From: a virus
Lineage: Duplodnaviria > Caudoviricetes
Virus record (IMG/VR): IMGVR_UViG_2061766007_000342
Span: 160,001-224,000 of that record
Reading direction: 5' to 3' (one strand)
Length of the DNA stretch: 64,000 nt
The position numbers and the translations under genes are program-made. How positions within the stretch are numbered: position 1 is the first letter of the stretch; every line of letters begins with the position of its first letter. The notes under the pieces are model-generated. The model did no database searches, was not told the DNA's origin, and saw nothing but the letters and a program-made list of their open reading frames with translations. Of this stretch, positions 1 through 10,064 are shown piece by piece.

Positions 1-327
1 AACAAGCTTTTTCATGATATGATAAGAATAATCCGACGTGATCGTTCCATGATCGACATCTGTGCCGAGCAATAGCGCTTGTTGCTCGAGCATATCATTA
101 TATCGATTCATGAATTTCTTATCAGACAATTTTATCCACCATGTGTTGATCGCATACAATATCGTCACTAAGACAATACGGAATGCAATTGGTTCTGTGA
201 TATCGAATAGTGTCACCAATAGATCTGGTACAAGTATCATGAGTATCAAATCTATTCCAAGCATGATGACAGATTCAATTCGATGTTTTGAAACTTGACG
301 TTCCATTGAGATTGAATCTAACAACAT
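1..327 (-). CDS. Hypothetical membrane protein, truncated by window edge (not in ORF track)
   Basis: GGAGGTG SD then ATG at 327; frame open to position 1 (MLLDSISMERQVSKHRIESVIMLGIDLILMILVPDLLV...), two hydrophobic segments; AT-rich promoter-like motif at ~345-366. Confidence 0.7.
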   Translation of the reverse strand, partial: MLLDSISMERQVSKHRIESVIMLGIDLILMILVPDLLVTLFDITEPIAFRIVLVTILYAINTWWIKLSDKKFMNRYNDMLEQQALLLGTDVDHGTITSDYSYHIMKKLV

Positions 328-362
328 TGATTTATCACCTCCATTCTATTATAATAATATAT

Positions 363-1487
363 TTATTTGGAATCGGTTTCATCTGGTTCCCATTGTAAGT
401 ATTTTGTTTCAATTGCCATTGATGATATTGTTTTAGATCTGGATTTTATCCAAATCTTATCCATTCTAACTGAAGAGTCATAAATATCATAGTAATAACA
501 ACGTTTACCACAATATCTCAATCTCCACGTAGTTTGTTTAGCAGTCAAAGAGCTAACATATGGCGAACATGATATAATCGCAGTGATACCTGGAATATCG
601 GTACCAGTACCACATGATCCAATTGTTGTAACAATGACATCTGCATGTTTATTTGCTTCATTCTCGGATTTGGAATTCTTTGAATTGATCGTTTGGATGT
701 TCAAATCATAGGGGAATGATTCATCATAATTCAAATGTTTATGTAAATAATATGAAGTGTCAATACATAAATCGATCAATGGCATGAATATTAACACTTT
801 AGCAGATGGGTCACGTTCATAAATCATTTTAACAATATCGGTTACACATTTAATGTGTGTTTGTTTTTTGTCATATTGAATGACCCATTTTCCATAAGAA
901 GCAGGTGACATTTTACCTCGATAGCCTTCAACTCTGAATTTCACAATTTTCGGGTTGGCATTTGTATTGATTTCAACGACATTATATTCAACCCATTTCT
1001 TAGGTTTGCTTTCTGATAATAGTGATGATGGTTTATAAAACAATGCATTTGAAAATACATGACGAAATATAATATTTTCATTCTTTGATGATCGACCGTC
1101 GGTTGCTGTTAAATATAAATTTCGTTGAATATTAAATACGAAATCCATCATTAATGTATCTCGAAACTCTAAATGTGCTTCATCAATAATTTTTAATCCA
1201 ATACCAAGTACACGTGGAATATTAGCCATCTTATCTAAATCACGAACACGTTTTAATCCTGCTCGGAATGTTGCATGTGTCATCAAATAGATATCATAAT
1301 TCGGATCATGACCATTTGCAATCGCTTCCAATTCTTCAGATGTTTCGATCTCGTGAACATCTTCTGACGTGAGACCTTGCAACTTATACAATGAATCTCT
1401 CCATTGTGTGCGTAATGTATCTCGATGCATAATGATTAATGTTTTCTGGTTATACAAGCAAGCAGCTCTTCCGGAACAATACGTTTT
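363..1487 (-). CDS. SF2 (DEAH) helicase, C-terminal part beginning with the KT of Walker A
   Basis: Frame is open upstream of the track start (1457) and reads KTYCSGRAACLYNQK from 1487; motifs IIDEAH (II), TAT (III), GTGTDIPG (V), QTTWRLR (VI-like); no SD before the TTG at 1457. Confidence 0.85.
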   Translation of the reverse strand, partial: KTYCSGRAACLYNQKTLIIMHRDTLRTQWRDSLYKLQGLTSEDVHEIETSEELEAIANGHDPNYDIYLMTHATFRAGLKRVRDLDKMANIPRVLGIGLKIIDEAHLEFRDTLMMDFVFNIQRNLYLTATDGRSSKNENIIFRHVFSNALFYKPSSLLSESKPKKWVEYNVVEINTNANPKIVKFRVEGYRGKMSPASYGKWVIQYDKKQTHIKCVTDIVKMIYERDPSAKVLIFMPLIDLCIDTSYYLHKHLNYDESFPYDLNIQTINSKNSKSENEANKHADVIVTTIGSCGTGTDIPGITAIISCSPYVSSLTAKQTTWRLRYCGKRCYYYDIYDSSVRMDKIWIKSRSKTISSMAIETKYLQWEPDETDSK

Positions 1488-1492
1488 GCTTG

Positions 1493-1903
1493 TTAACCGA
1501 AACCACCAGTTTTCACTAAAAATATCTGTTGTCTGTCATTGTTTGAAGAATGCTCATTTAATCCGGCAATAAAATTGATAACATCAGTCTGTTCAATATT
1601 ACGCGGAGGAATGATTTCTTCATGTTCATATTTCATTGATCTGGAATTGATTGCTTGTATAAAATTAACGTGAACGTTATTTAATAATCTACGAATATAA
1701 TCCAGATTAACCCCACGATGAATATACAATAAATTGTTTGCTTCATCCAATAAATATCCTAATGAAATAATATCATCTTGAAACTCATCTTCAAATTCCA
1801 GTCTGGAAATTAGTTGAGATAACGGTTCAATAGCTTCTTTACCAGGATAAACGGTATATGACGTTGGACGAACACACAGGGTGAATTCCGTTGTGGTTTT
1901 CAT
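1493..1903 (-). CDS. SF2 helicase, N-terminal part (Q-motif and first half of Walker A)
   Basis: SD GAGGTG; PPRNIEQ Q-motif; ends KTGGFG-stop; parallels the N-terminus of the paralog at 46239-48719 (EPRSQLQ...PGVGK). Confidence 0.8.
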   Translation of the reverse strand: MKTTTEFTLCVRPTSYTVYPGKEAIEPLSQLISRLEFEDEFQDDIISLGYLLDEANNLLYIHRGVNLDYIRRLLNNVHVNFIQAINSRSMKYEHEEIIPPRNIEQTDVINFIAGLNEHSSNNDRQQIFLVKTGGFG

Positions 1904-1933
1904 TATACATCACCTCTCTTTCTGTATAAAATG

Positions 1934-1962
1934 TGTGGGTACCCGTATGACAGGGTACCCAC
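1934..1962. terminator. GC-rich hairpin after gyrA
   Basis: gtgggtaccc-gtatgaca-gggtacccac inverted repeat. Confidence 0.6.
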
Positions 1963-1971
1963 TATATGTGA

Positions 1972-4230
1972 TCACGATATCGTCGCTCGAATTACCTTAA
2001 CGCTAGGCGCATGCTTTGGTCTTTCGGGTGGGATCGACATCGTTGTTGGTGTAATGGAAGATACATTTACAGTTGTGATTCTACCATCAACATGATTCAG
2101 TTGTACAGATTGTGATTGATCAACACAGAATACTGCAATCAAATCATCTTGTGGTGTCATTGTGATAATGGGTTTCAAATCACCAAACTTCTTACCAGTT
2201 GTCAAGAACTTGGAATGATTTACACGCATCTTACCAAGTCTTGTGACATATACTAACAATGGCTTCTTGGGATTTAATGCAAACATTCCAGATACATGTT
2301 GATTTACAACTAAGAACTGTCCTTGTGCATCAACTGATAATACCTTATTCAGATCAGTCAATTGGAAACGTTTACCATATCCATTTGCTGTGTACAACAA
2401 CAAGTCTTGTGATGTATCATGTACTTCCAATACCGATACGAGATATTCATCCGAGTCCAAAGGAAGCAATGGTTTACGTGCATTATTAGATGGGATCTTA
2501 TCAATCGGCATATACTTGATACGACCCTTATTAGACAACATCACAATGTCATTCTGTGTATTGGATACAGCTGCAACACATTTGGTCATTTGTACCTTAC
2601 CAATGGATGTGAGTGTGATCCGTTTGTTGTGTGGAACATTGTTCGTATCAACCCACAAGAACTTACCTTGGTCATCAATCAAACATACTGCATCACCTGA
2701 TACTGGTGTAACATCCGATGACAGATGCTCAGGACTTTCGGTTTCGGCAAACATAATGGTTCCATCCTGGAATATTTGAACAACACCAATGTTTGTTGTA
2801 TTGGTATTTGTACCAATTACTTTGGAACGACGTGGATATCCATACTTCTGTTTGATCTCTTTCAATTCATCAATGATACACTGATTGATCTTGGTTGGAT
2901 CTCCAACAATCTCACCGATAGCATCCAGTTCATGTTGAATGTCATCCATCTTCTTGATGGTCTTGAGATATTCTTCATGTGTTAATTGATACATCTTGAC
3001 ATCAATCATGTAATTCGCTTGTGACGAGGATACATGTTTCGGATATGCTTTCACAAGTGCTTGTACAATGTCAGATTTGTGTTCACATGCTTTAATGGTT
3101 TTGATTGTCTTATCCAGATTCTTGTCAGATAACATGAATGCTTTACCAGTCAGCATGTTGAGTTCTGTCTGTAAGATGGTGACACGACGTAACAACCATG
3201 CTCGTTTGAACTGAACACGTTCTTTGATCCATGCCAATAAGATTTGACGAACATTGTATTTGCGTGTACGATACATGGAATCCACCACAATCATATTCCG
3301 CGTAGAGATCGCAATACGTAATCCGGGAACACGTGTGAACAACTTGTTCAATACTTGATACAAGTTACACGGTTTACAACGAATCACATATCGAATCTTA
3401 TTGTGAATCAAATCGGATTCATCATCTGCTGATAAAATCTCTGAAATTGGATTGGAAGAATCCATAATCTCTGCAAGCTTTTTATTGATATCACGAACAA
3501 ACCGTTTGTATGGTGTATTGGTGAATGTGATTACATAGTTCACATTATCAATCTCAAATGATGATTGCATCCAGAACGTCTCTGCATCCTTAGGGATGAT
3601 ATCACAACCAGTTGGTGAATCCGGTATGAGCTTTACATCAGCTTTCGGATTCTTTAACAGCTTGATGGTTGCATCTGCAATCTCATTCAAGTTGTACGGA
3701 TAAATGTCTGACGATAATGTGTAACCGATACCCGCTGAACCATTCAACAGAATCAGCGGAAACTTTGCAGGAAGTATCGTTGGTTCCATTGTTGTATTGT
3801 CATAATTCGGCACCATACCAACTTTACCATCAAACTCTGCAAACAATACATCGTATGCAAAGTCAGATAAATATACTCCCCAATATCTACCAGCCGCAGC
3901 ATCATCACCTGCGGTTGCAGTTCCACAGTTACCTGATGGCGTTAATAATGGAACATTATTTGCAAATGGCTGGGCCAACCCAGCGAAGACGTCTCGTAAA
4001 CCAATTTCACCATGGGGAGCAATCTCCAATACTTTACCTTGTGCAATGGCAACAGTGACTTTGGTATGCTTTGCATAATTCTTATAGATCGTATATAAGA
4101 TACGACGATGGATTGGTTTTAAGCCATCATATACCATTGGAATGGAACGTTGTAAGTTGACATTGACACCATACAACATTTGCCAATTCTCCGCTAATTG
4201 GTATACGTCATGTTCATTACCCATTTTCAA
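1972..4230 (-). CDS. gyrA: Type IIA topoisomerase / DNA gyrase subunit A
   Basis: DGLKPIHRRILY, PHG, AAAGRY (catalytic Tyr), LLNGSAGIG; C-terminal repeated beta-pinwheel-like blades. Confidence 0.93.
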   Translation of the reverse strand: MKMGNEHDVYQLAENWQMLYGVNVNLQRSIPMVYDGLKPIHRRILYTIYKNYAKHTKVTVAIAQGKVLEIAPHGEIGLRDVFAGLAQPFANNVPLLTPSGNCGTATAGDDAAAGRYWGVYLSDFAYDVLFAEFDGKVGMVPNYDNTTMEPTILPAKFPLILLNGSAGIGYTLSSDIYPYNLNEIADATIKLLKNPKADVKLIPDSPTGCDIIPKDAETFWMQSSFEIDNVNYVITFTNTPYKRFVRDINKKLAEIMDSSNPISEILSADDESDLIHNKIRYVIRCKPCNLYQVLNKLFTRVPGLRIAISTRNMIVVDSMYRTRKYNVRQILLAWIKERVQFKRAWLLRRVTILQTELNMLTGKAFMLSDKNLDKTIKTIKACEHKSDIVQALVKAYPKHVSSSQANYMIDVKMYQLTHEEYLKTIKKMDDIQHELDAIGEIVGDPTKINQCIIDELKEIKQKYGYPRRSKVIGTNTNTTNIGVVQIFQDGTIMFAETESPEHLSSDVTPVSGDAVCLIDDQGKFLWVDTNNVPHNKRITLTSIGKVQMTKCVAAVSNTQNDIVMLSNKGRIKYMPIDKIPSNNARKPLLPLDSDEYLVSVLEVHDTSQDLLLYTANGYGKRFQLTDLNKVLSVDAQGQFLVVNQHVSGMFALNPKKPLLVYVTRLGKMRVNHSKFLTTGKKFGDLKPIITMTPQDDLIAVFCVDQSQSVQLNHVDGRITTVNVSSITPTTMSIPPERPKHAPSVKVIRATIS

Positions 4231-4253
4231 TTCTCCTCCTCAATATGAATATA

Positions 4254-6065
4254 TTAACACAATTGACCAATAGAAAGCTCTTGATCAACTGCGTCAAATA
4301 GTTGTGTCACTGATGGAGCATTCAACCAGTTTGACATCAATGACATGTGATTATGATTTTTATATGCATTCACAATGGGACCGGTAATGTCTTTTTCGTG
4401 AATACGTTTCTTGGAATCTACCCAAGTGTATTCTTGATTGAACGACAAGTTGTTGCATTGTTTTTGACGGAATATATCATTGTTGACAACGCATTTAAAT
4501 TCCAATGACATGGGGTCTTGATTCATACCCATCTTGGTCGATGGATAGTAAGATTTCGCATCTGCATCCAATGCACCAAAGATGATGTTATTATGGTTCT
4601 TACCATTGATGATCAATCCTGTTGGTGCATTCAATGAAGGCTCCGCAACATAAGCTCCTTCATATGCGGTATCATATCCTTCAGGAACTAATAAGCGACA
4701 CGCCTGTACATATCCTTCATTCTCAAAGAAGTATTCCCGTCGATTTCGTACGATATGTGTTTCTTGGAAACATTTGGAATACTGAGTTGCGAATGTATAG
4801 GAACGTGCAAACAATGATCCACAATCACCCGTGTTTTGTTCAATGGCAACTTGCACAACAACGTCTCGTACATTATATAGAATAAACAGAATGAAGTCAT
4901 AATATGCAAATTCGCGGAATGTATACTTCGTTGTCTTGGATTTTACTTTGTGGATATTGGCGATGATACCACCAATGTAATCCAACTTTAACGAACGTTG
5001 TTCCTTTTGGGATTTGCGTATCTGTGCAAAGTTACGTTCTTGACACAAGAACTGTGTATATGTAGATGCAAAGAAGAAGTCTTTCGATGTCTTCATTGTT
5101 GCTTGTTTGTCTTTATCCTTTTTGAAGTATAATGTATGTGTCTTAAATTCTTCTGGTATAAAGAATGACTTTGGATCATATCCGAGATAACGAATACGAT
5201 TCATGATATAGTTGTCATCAAATGGTGCATTCCATGACAATGTGAACCATGGACGATATTTGGTAATGTATGCAAGTATGGTTCGTAACAAGTAAATCTC
5301 TTTATCATAATCAAAGATATGTAATCGAATATCATATCCTTCGAGATACTTCTTATTGTCATCATCAAATGTACGGATCTTTTCTTTGAATTCTTCTTGA
5401 TGATTGTTTAACCATTCATATGCTTTGATTTGTTTATCAAGTAACTCGTGGTATTGTTGACCCAATAAATGTTTCGGGCGTGGTCCGAGTATGAACACGG
5501 CACAGATCTTTTGTTCTTGTAATATGAGTGTTACTGCATTGACGGGTTGTGGTGCATTTTCATAATCGTCCATATCCAATGATCGATCAATGACATCACA
5601 CTCAATATCGAGAAATGCTGTTGTGACGTGTGAGATATCTGCTTGATCGCCAAATGTCTGAATCCATAACAAACGGAAGTATGCATCTTCGGTGAAATCA
5701 GCTTTGAATACCCATGGGCATTCACACATTTTGCGTTTGATATCAAACACTTGATATGCATCTTTTATTTGTTCATAAATCTGTTCCCATTCACCACCAA
5801 TATGTTTGGCAATTGTTTCCGGGATCTTGGACGGTTTGCAATATACTGGATAACAATCTTCAATACGTGCTTGTGCAATCTGATATTTGTTGGTGCGACA
5901 CTCTGGTTTCAAGAACCAAATATCAACAATTGGTGTGATGTATTTGACCTCCAATCGTTGTGTTAATGGATCCCAATAAATCACTTCGAATGTTTCTGGT
6001 GACTTATTATACCGAACATCAAACAATATGGCTCCGGTTGGGAATTCTTTCTTTAAATTAATCAC
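4254..6065 (-). CDS. Family B DNA polymerase, N-terminal subunit (3'-5' exonuclease plus motif A), split jumbo-phage type
   Basis: ExoI DIECD, ExoII WNAPFDDNYI, ExoIII YNVRD, YEGAYV, motif A DADAKSYYPS; motifs B and C absent. Confidence 0.85.
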   Translation of the reverse strand: MINLKKEFPTGAILFDVRYNKSPETFEVIYWDPLTQRLEVKYITPIVDIWFLKPECRTNKYQIAQARIEDCYPVYCKPSKIPETIAKHIGGEWEQIYEQIKDAYQVFDIKRKMCECPWVFKADFTEDAYFRLLWIQTFGDQADISHVTTAFLDIECDVIDRSLDMDDYENAPQPVNAVTLILQEQKICAVFILGPRPKHLLGQQYHELLDKQIKAYEWLNNHQEEFKEKIRTFDDDNKKYLEGYDIRLHIFDYDKEIYLLRTILAYITKYRPWFTLSWNAPFDDNYIMNRIRYLGYDPKSFFIPEEFKTHTLYFKKDKDKQATMKTSKDFFFASTYTQFLCQERNFAQIRKSQKEQRSLKLDYIGGIIANIHKVKSKTTKYTFREFAYYDFILFILYNVRDVVVQVAIEQNTGDCGSLFARSYTFATQYSKCFQETHIVRNRREYFFENEGYVQACRLLVPEGYDTAYEGAYVAEPSLNAPTGLIINGKNHNNIIFGALDADAKSYYPSTKMGMNQDPMSLEFKCVVNNDIFRQKQCNNLSFNQEYTWVDSKKRIHEKDITGPIVNAYKNHNHMSLMSNWLNAPSVTQLFDAVDQELSIGQLC

Positions 6066-6181
6066 ACTTCTTTACCTCCTTTATGACACATTCGATATTG
6101 TTAGGCATGTGTCCATAGTAACGATATGTATATGACCCATGAGTATTATTTTGTGTGATAAATGATGAATGTTAAAATATA

Positions 6182-6207
6182 AATGGCGGGGTATAAACCC
6201 CGCCATT
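6182..6207. terminator. Intrinsic terminator after tail-fibre cluster
   Basis: aatggcgggg-tataaa-ccccgccatt flanked by A/T tracts. Confidence 0.7.
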
Positions 6208-6219
6208 ATTTTTGTTTTG

Positions 6220-9200
6220 TTATACAGGAGCGACATTACTCATGGTGATACGAAGATTTGGAATTGTGATCAATTTTGGATTATTGATTGGGACACATGT
6301 GTTTGTTTCAAATGTTATTTTATGTTCGATGAATGTTGTATATGGATACACATAAATATCACGTGTTGATCCATTAACATAATAAATTTTATCATCGAAT
6401 GGTATCAATAGTTTTGTAACATATTCAACAACGTAATTGTCACGATAGATCCGATTAAACATAATCGAATAATAATCCGAGTCAATTGTTGATGTAGTAA
6501 TTGGTCCATGATTATTAACAATTTTTCCGAGATTCACAATAATCGTTTGTGATGCAGTCCAACCATTGTTGTTGCCAGATGCCATTGATAAGAATAACCA
6601 ATAATTGTCATGTGAATTTACAATATAAGGACATTTGTAACATTGCATATTGCCGAGATCGTATATTGATTGTGTAATAATATTTGTTGCATCATTGCGT
6701 GTAAAAATAAAAATATGATTCCGATCATTATAAGACGTATTAGATGTCACTAAGATACCATCCTTATATGAGATTCTTTGATACACATGATTCATGCTAC
6801 TCATTGATCCGTAAACTTGATTCGAGCTCAGTGTATACGTAGTATATGGATTAAAATTATATATACCTTCACGACTGTTCCATTCTATAGCTCCAGCACC
6901 ATTAAATCCATATGGGATTGACTGAGTCCAGGTATATTGTCCATCGATGAACCATGTTTCTGGATATATTATTTGTTGTGTCGTATCCTTTGTGATGTCG
7001 TGTAATAATAGACTGTAATCATTACCGATTTTGCAAAGAATATATACAAATTCGTCAAATCCCATAAACATCGTTTGAGAAACATAATCATTTGGTAGAT
7101 CAAATTCGTGAGTAATAGTTTGTGTTGAAACATCATATATCGTCCAATGATCCAGATCATTACTCGGATCGAATATCAAACAATTTGTACCATACAATCT
7201 TCTCCATGTATTAGTCTTGAATGGTAGCAATGTTTCAGTATGGTTTTCAGTATCATAAATAACAACTTCTGAACCGGAAGATGTACTTCCTTTAAAACAT
7301 AAATATTTTCCAACAGATAATGCTGCATAATTGGAAAGTCTATTGTTTGCAGTTGCTTCTGTAAATGAAGAGATATTGATAAACTCAATACCAGGACCAA
7401 TATCAGCTGCGGGAAGTGTCATGTCAGCCATAAAAAATATCGGATGATTCTCATATATAGTGTTATATTGACGTCCATTTTGTTCGCCGTGAGCTGCCAC
7501 CATGAATATTTGTCGAGAATTTTCGGTATAAAATGGAATTGTTAAACCTGCCCAATTATTAAATGTCCAACCAGCAGTAACAAGTGTTTCAAAATTCGGT
7601 GTGAGAACTGTTTCTGGATGTTCATACATGTACCGTACTGTGTTAACATCAATAGCTTCGGATACTTTATGAATGATATGATTATACAACACAAACAAAT
7701 CATGTGTATCATCAATAATAAATGGAGGTACAGTCATGCCATCAGAAGAGTTAGTCATCTTACCATTTTCATCATCTGTATGTGTTGCATGTTTAGATGG
7801 GGTGAATTCATAATCAATTGCGCTCTTGTCTGAATCGGTGAATATTCTTGGTTTAAGAAATTTCCGAACATTCCCATCTTCATTGTCATATAATCTCAAA
7901 GTTGTCTTATCATATCCATAGCCACCATTCAGAAACCGATCTAAGATGTAATATTTCTTATTACGTTGGGACGTAGTTAATGTTTTTGTATTTTCAACTA
8001 ATTCCCAAGTTGAAACGTTCCACCATGTATTGGTACAATACATGGTATATCCACCTTCATCAAATCCAAGTACAGCTCTGTCTTGATAATGCGGGTTACA
8101 ATAGATATACGCATTACGTGCAACACCATCTGGATAGACAATATGTTCACAGCAACAGTACATCCAATTGAACATGTTATAATCATTATCTGGTTTATTC
8201 GTAAATGATTCGGCAATGTCATAATCATCTGTCAAGTAATTGTATCGATATACGGATTGGATATCCATATCCAATACGGGTAAAAAACCATATCCGTATT
8301 TTGCATCAGCATATCTGTTAAATCCCAATATATCATACAAATAATTGTTGTTCCACCAATCCGTCTTAATGAATGTTGTGACGCTTTCTTTGGTTGGCAT
8401 TTTATATGGTTTTACAAATAAAAAGTCGGTATCTTGTAAAAGATACGCATTTTGTGAAGGTCTGTATTCATTATACCCAAGCGAATCAATCACGAAATTT
8501 GCAAATTGGTGATATTTTGAATCTATTAAATACGTAACAACATTATTTGTTTCATATGTTCCCGTATGATTAGTTTCATCGTAAGTGACCGTGAAATTCA
8601 CTAGATTAGTTTCATAAGCAGAGGGTTGATCAAGAGTATATGGTACAATGTATGCGCGCCCTAAGTTTGCATCTCTTGAACTGTAACCTGCTTCCATTGT
8701 ATAAGATCGATGTAATGATTTATATAAGTTCGGTGTTTGATTGAACTGTGCAGAACTGCCATTATAGTAATTCATTCCAAACAAATGTTTTATATCAATC
8801 GCACCATAAGAACCGTTACTCCACAAACTTTCGAAGAATGAAGAATGACATGCCATTGTCAAATATAACGTAATGGTTGTTTTTTCATTGATACGTTTCG
8901 TGAACGTTGTTTCATTACCATTAATATCATAAATCTTAGAATGAGAGAACAATTTTGTCGGTGCAGTACCCCAGCCAACTTCGTTAGCTGTAAAATTTGA
9001 TGTAATCTGATTGATATTATAATCATATACAGATTGATGTATGAGTATCGTTTTCACATAATATCCGGTATCAGAATGGTATACACCGCCATAATCATCA
9101 TTATGACAAGCATTTGAAAGAATACTGGTTGTGAAATTATTAAACATCGAATTATTCGTAATTGACGGTTGATGACTTGTATCGATACCATTACCAATGT

Positions 9201-9441
9201 ATATCGATGGATTTAGTGAATATCTTTTGTCGAATTCTTGTTGATTGCCATATACCGTTGCAAAAAAGTAATTCGTCATGACATTCATACCATAAAACTC
9301 ATTGACATTTCCACTCATGTCTTCGGTTTTAATTTGATAAATGTTATGCAATACGGCATGATTACCAAACTTTGATTTCATGTTATTTTGGAATGTCTGT
9401 AAACGATTATATTCGTCTTTATTAATATTCAACGAAATCAA
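6220..9441 (-). CDS. Large virion/tail-associated protein, paralog of 10065-12944
   Basis: N/Y/T-rich beta-type composition; shared blocks with the neighbour (YGMNxMT, YATDEYWNV/YCTNTWWNV, KxYI, C-terminal INN); start more likely the TTG near 9432 behind AAGGAG. Confidence 0.6.
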   Translation of the reverse strand: MISLNINKDEYNRLQTFQNNMKSKFGNHAVLHNIYQIKTEDMSGNVNEFYGMNVMTNYFFATVYGNQQEFDKRYSLNPSIYIGNGIDTSHQPSITNNSMFNNFTTSILSNACHNDDYGGVYHSDTGYYVKTILIHQSVYDYNINQITSNFTANEVGWGTAPTKLFSHSKIYDINGNETTFTKRINEKTTITLYLTMACHSSFFESLWSNGSYGAIDIKHLFGMNYYNGSSAQFNQTPNLYKSLHRSYTMEAGYSSRDANLGRAYIVPYTLDQPSAYETNLVNFTVTYDETNHTGTYETNNVVTYLIDSKYHQFANFVIDSLGYNEYRPSQNAYLLQDTDFLFVKPYKMPTKESVTTFIKTDWWNNNYLYDILGFNRYADAKYGYGFLPVLDMDIQSVYRYNYLTDDYDIAESFTNKPDNDYNMFNWMYCCCEHIVYPDGVARNAYIYCNPHYQDRAVLGFDEGGYTMYCTNTWWNVSTWELVENTKTLTTSQRNKKYYILDRFLNGGYGYDKTTLRLYDNEDGNVRKFLKPRIFTDSDKSAIDYEFTPSKHATHTDDENGKMTNSSDGMTVPPFIIDDTHDLFVLYNHIIHKVSEAIDVNTVRYMYEHPETVLTPNFETLVTAGWTFNNWAGLTIPFYTENSRQIFMVAAHGEQNGRQYNTIYENHPIFFMADMTLPAADIGPGIEFINISSFTEATANNRLSNYAALSVGKYLCFKGSTSSGSEVVIYDTENHTETLLPFKTNTWRRLYGTNCLIFDPSNDLDHWTIYDVSTQTITHEFDLPNDYVSQTMFMGFDEFVYILCKIGNDYSLLLHDITKDTTQQIIYPETWFIDGQYTWTQSIPYGFNGAGAIEWNSREGIYNFNPYTTYTLSSNQVYGSMSSMNHVYQRISYKDGILVTSNTSYNDRNHIFIFTRNDATNIITQSIYDLGNMQCYKCPYIVNSHDNYWLFLSMASGNNNGWTASQTIIVNLGKIVNNHGPITTSTIDSDYYSIMFNRIYRDNYVVEYVTKLLIPFDDKIYYVNGSTRDIYVYPYTTFIEHKITFETNTCVPINNPKLITIPNLRITMSNVAPV

Positions 9442-9446
9442 CTCCT

Positions 9447-10004
9447 TTACTGTGTATTTGTAACTGTTGCTGGTGATGAACCAATATTATACAGATTTAA
9501 TACAGGATAACCTGGAGGTTGTTCACAATGCTCGGTTTCTTTATCAATATAAGAAATGTTACCAATCAATGATACATCATTTACAAACAGAATTCCATTT
9601 GGTTCTGTATATCCGGATGCTGATGCTCGTGTATATGACGTAACACTAATATCACCGACTAATGAAACACTATCTGCAAATAGAATTCCTTCTGGTTCTA
9701 CATATCCGGTACGTGAAGCTATTGTGTAATCAACGTAGGATATATCACCGATAAATGACATATTTTTTGCGAATAAGATACCCTCTTTTTCAGAATACAT
9801 CTCTGTTGATGTTGATGTATAATATGCAACGTCAGCAGCACGTGATCCACCAATTGAACACACATTGATGATCGGTTTGATCCAATATGGTGGACGATAC
9901 AACCCGGCAATGTATAATCCATGAACAGTCACCAAAGGTTTAGTTTGTAAGATTTTATTTGGGACTTTTTTATATGCCTCCGAAGCTTTAAAGATATTTG
10001 CCAA
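9447..10004 (-). CDS. Small structural protein with three tandem ~31-aa repeats
   Basis: YSEKEGILFAKNMSFIGDISY / YVEPEGILFADSVSLVGDISV / YTEPNGILFVNDVSLIGNISY. Confidence 0.6.
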   Translation of the reverse strand: MANIFKASEAYKKVPNKILQTKPLVTVHGLYIAGLYRPPYWIKPIINVCSIGGSRAADVAYYTSTSTEMYSEKEGILFAKNMSFIGDISYVDYTIASRTGYVEPEGILFADSVSLVGDISVTSYTRASASGYTEPNGILFVNDVSLIGNISYIDKETEHCEQPPGYPVLNLYNIGSSPATVTNTQ

Positions 10005-10028
10005 TTTATATCACTTCCAATCAATGGT

Positions 10029-10056
10029 ACAAGTGGGGCTATAATGCCCCACTTGC
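10029..10056. terminator. GGGGC/GCCCC hairpin
   Basis: caagtggggc-tataat-gccccacttg. Confidence 0.65.
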
Positions 10057-10064
10057 ATGTGGGT

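Noticed and set aside
1488-1495. Group I intron (GGT|TAA resembles phage intron 5' splice sites)
   Set aside because: Only 8 nt, no catalytic core, and ending at the G (7 nt) would not restore the frame; at most a remnant.
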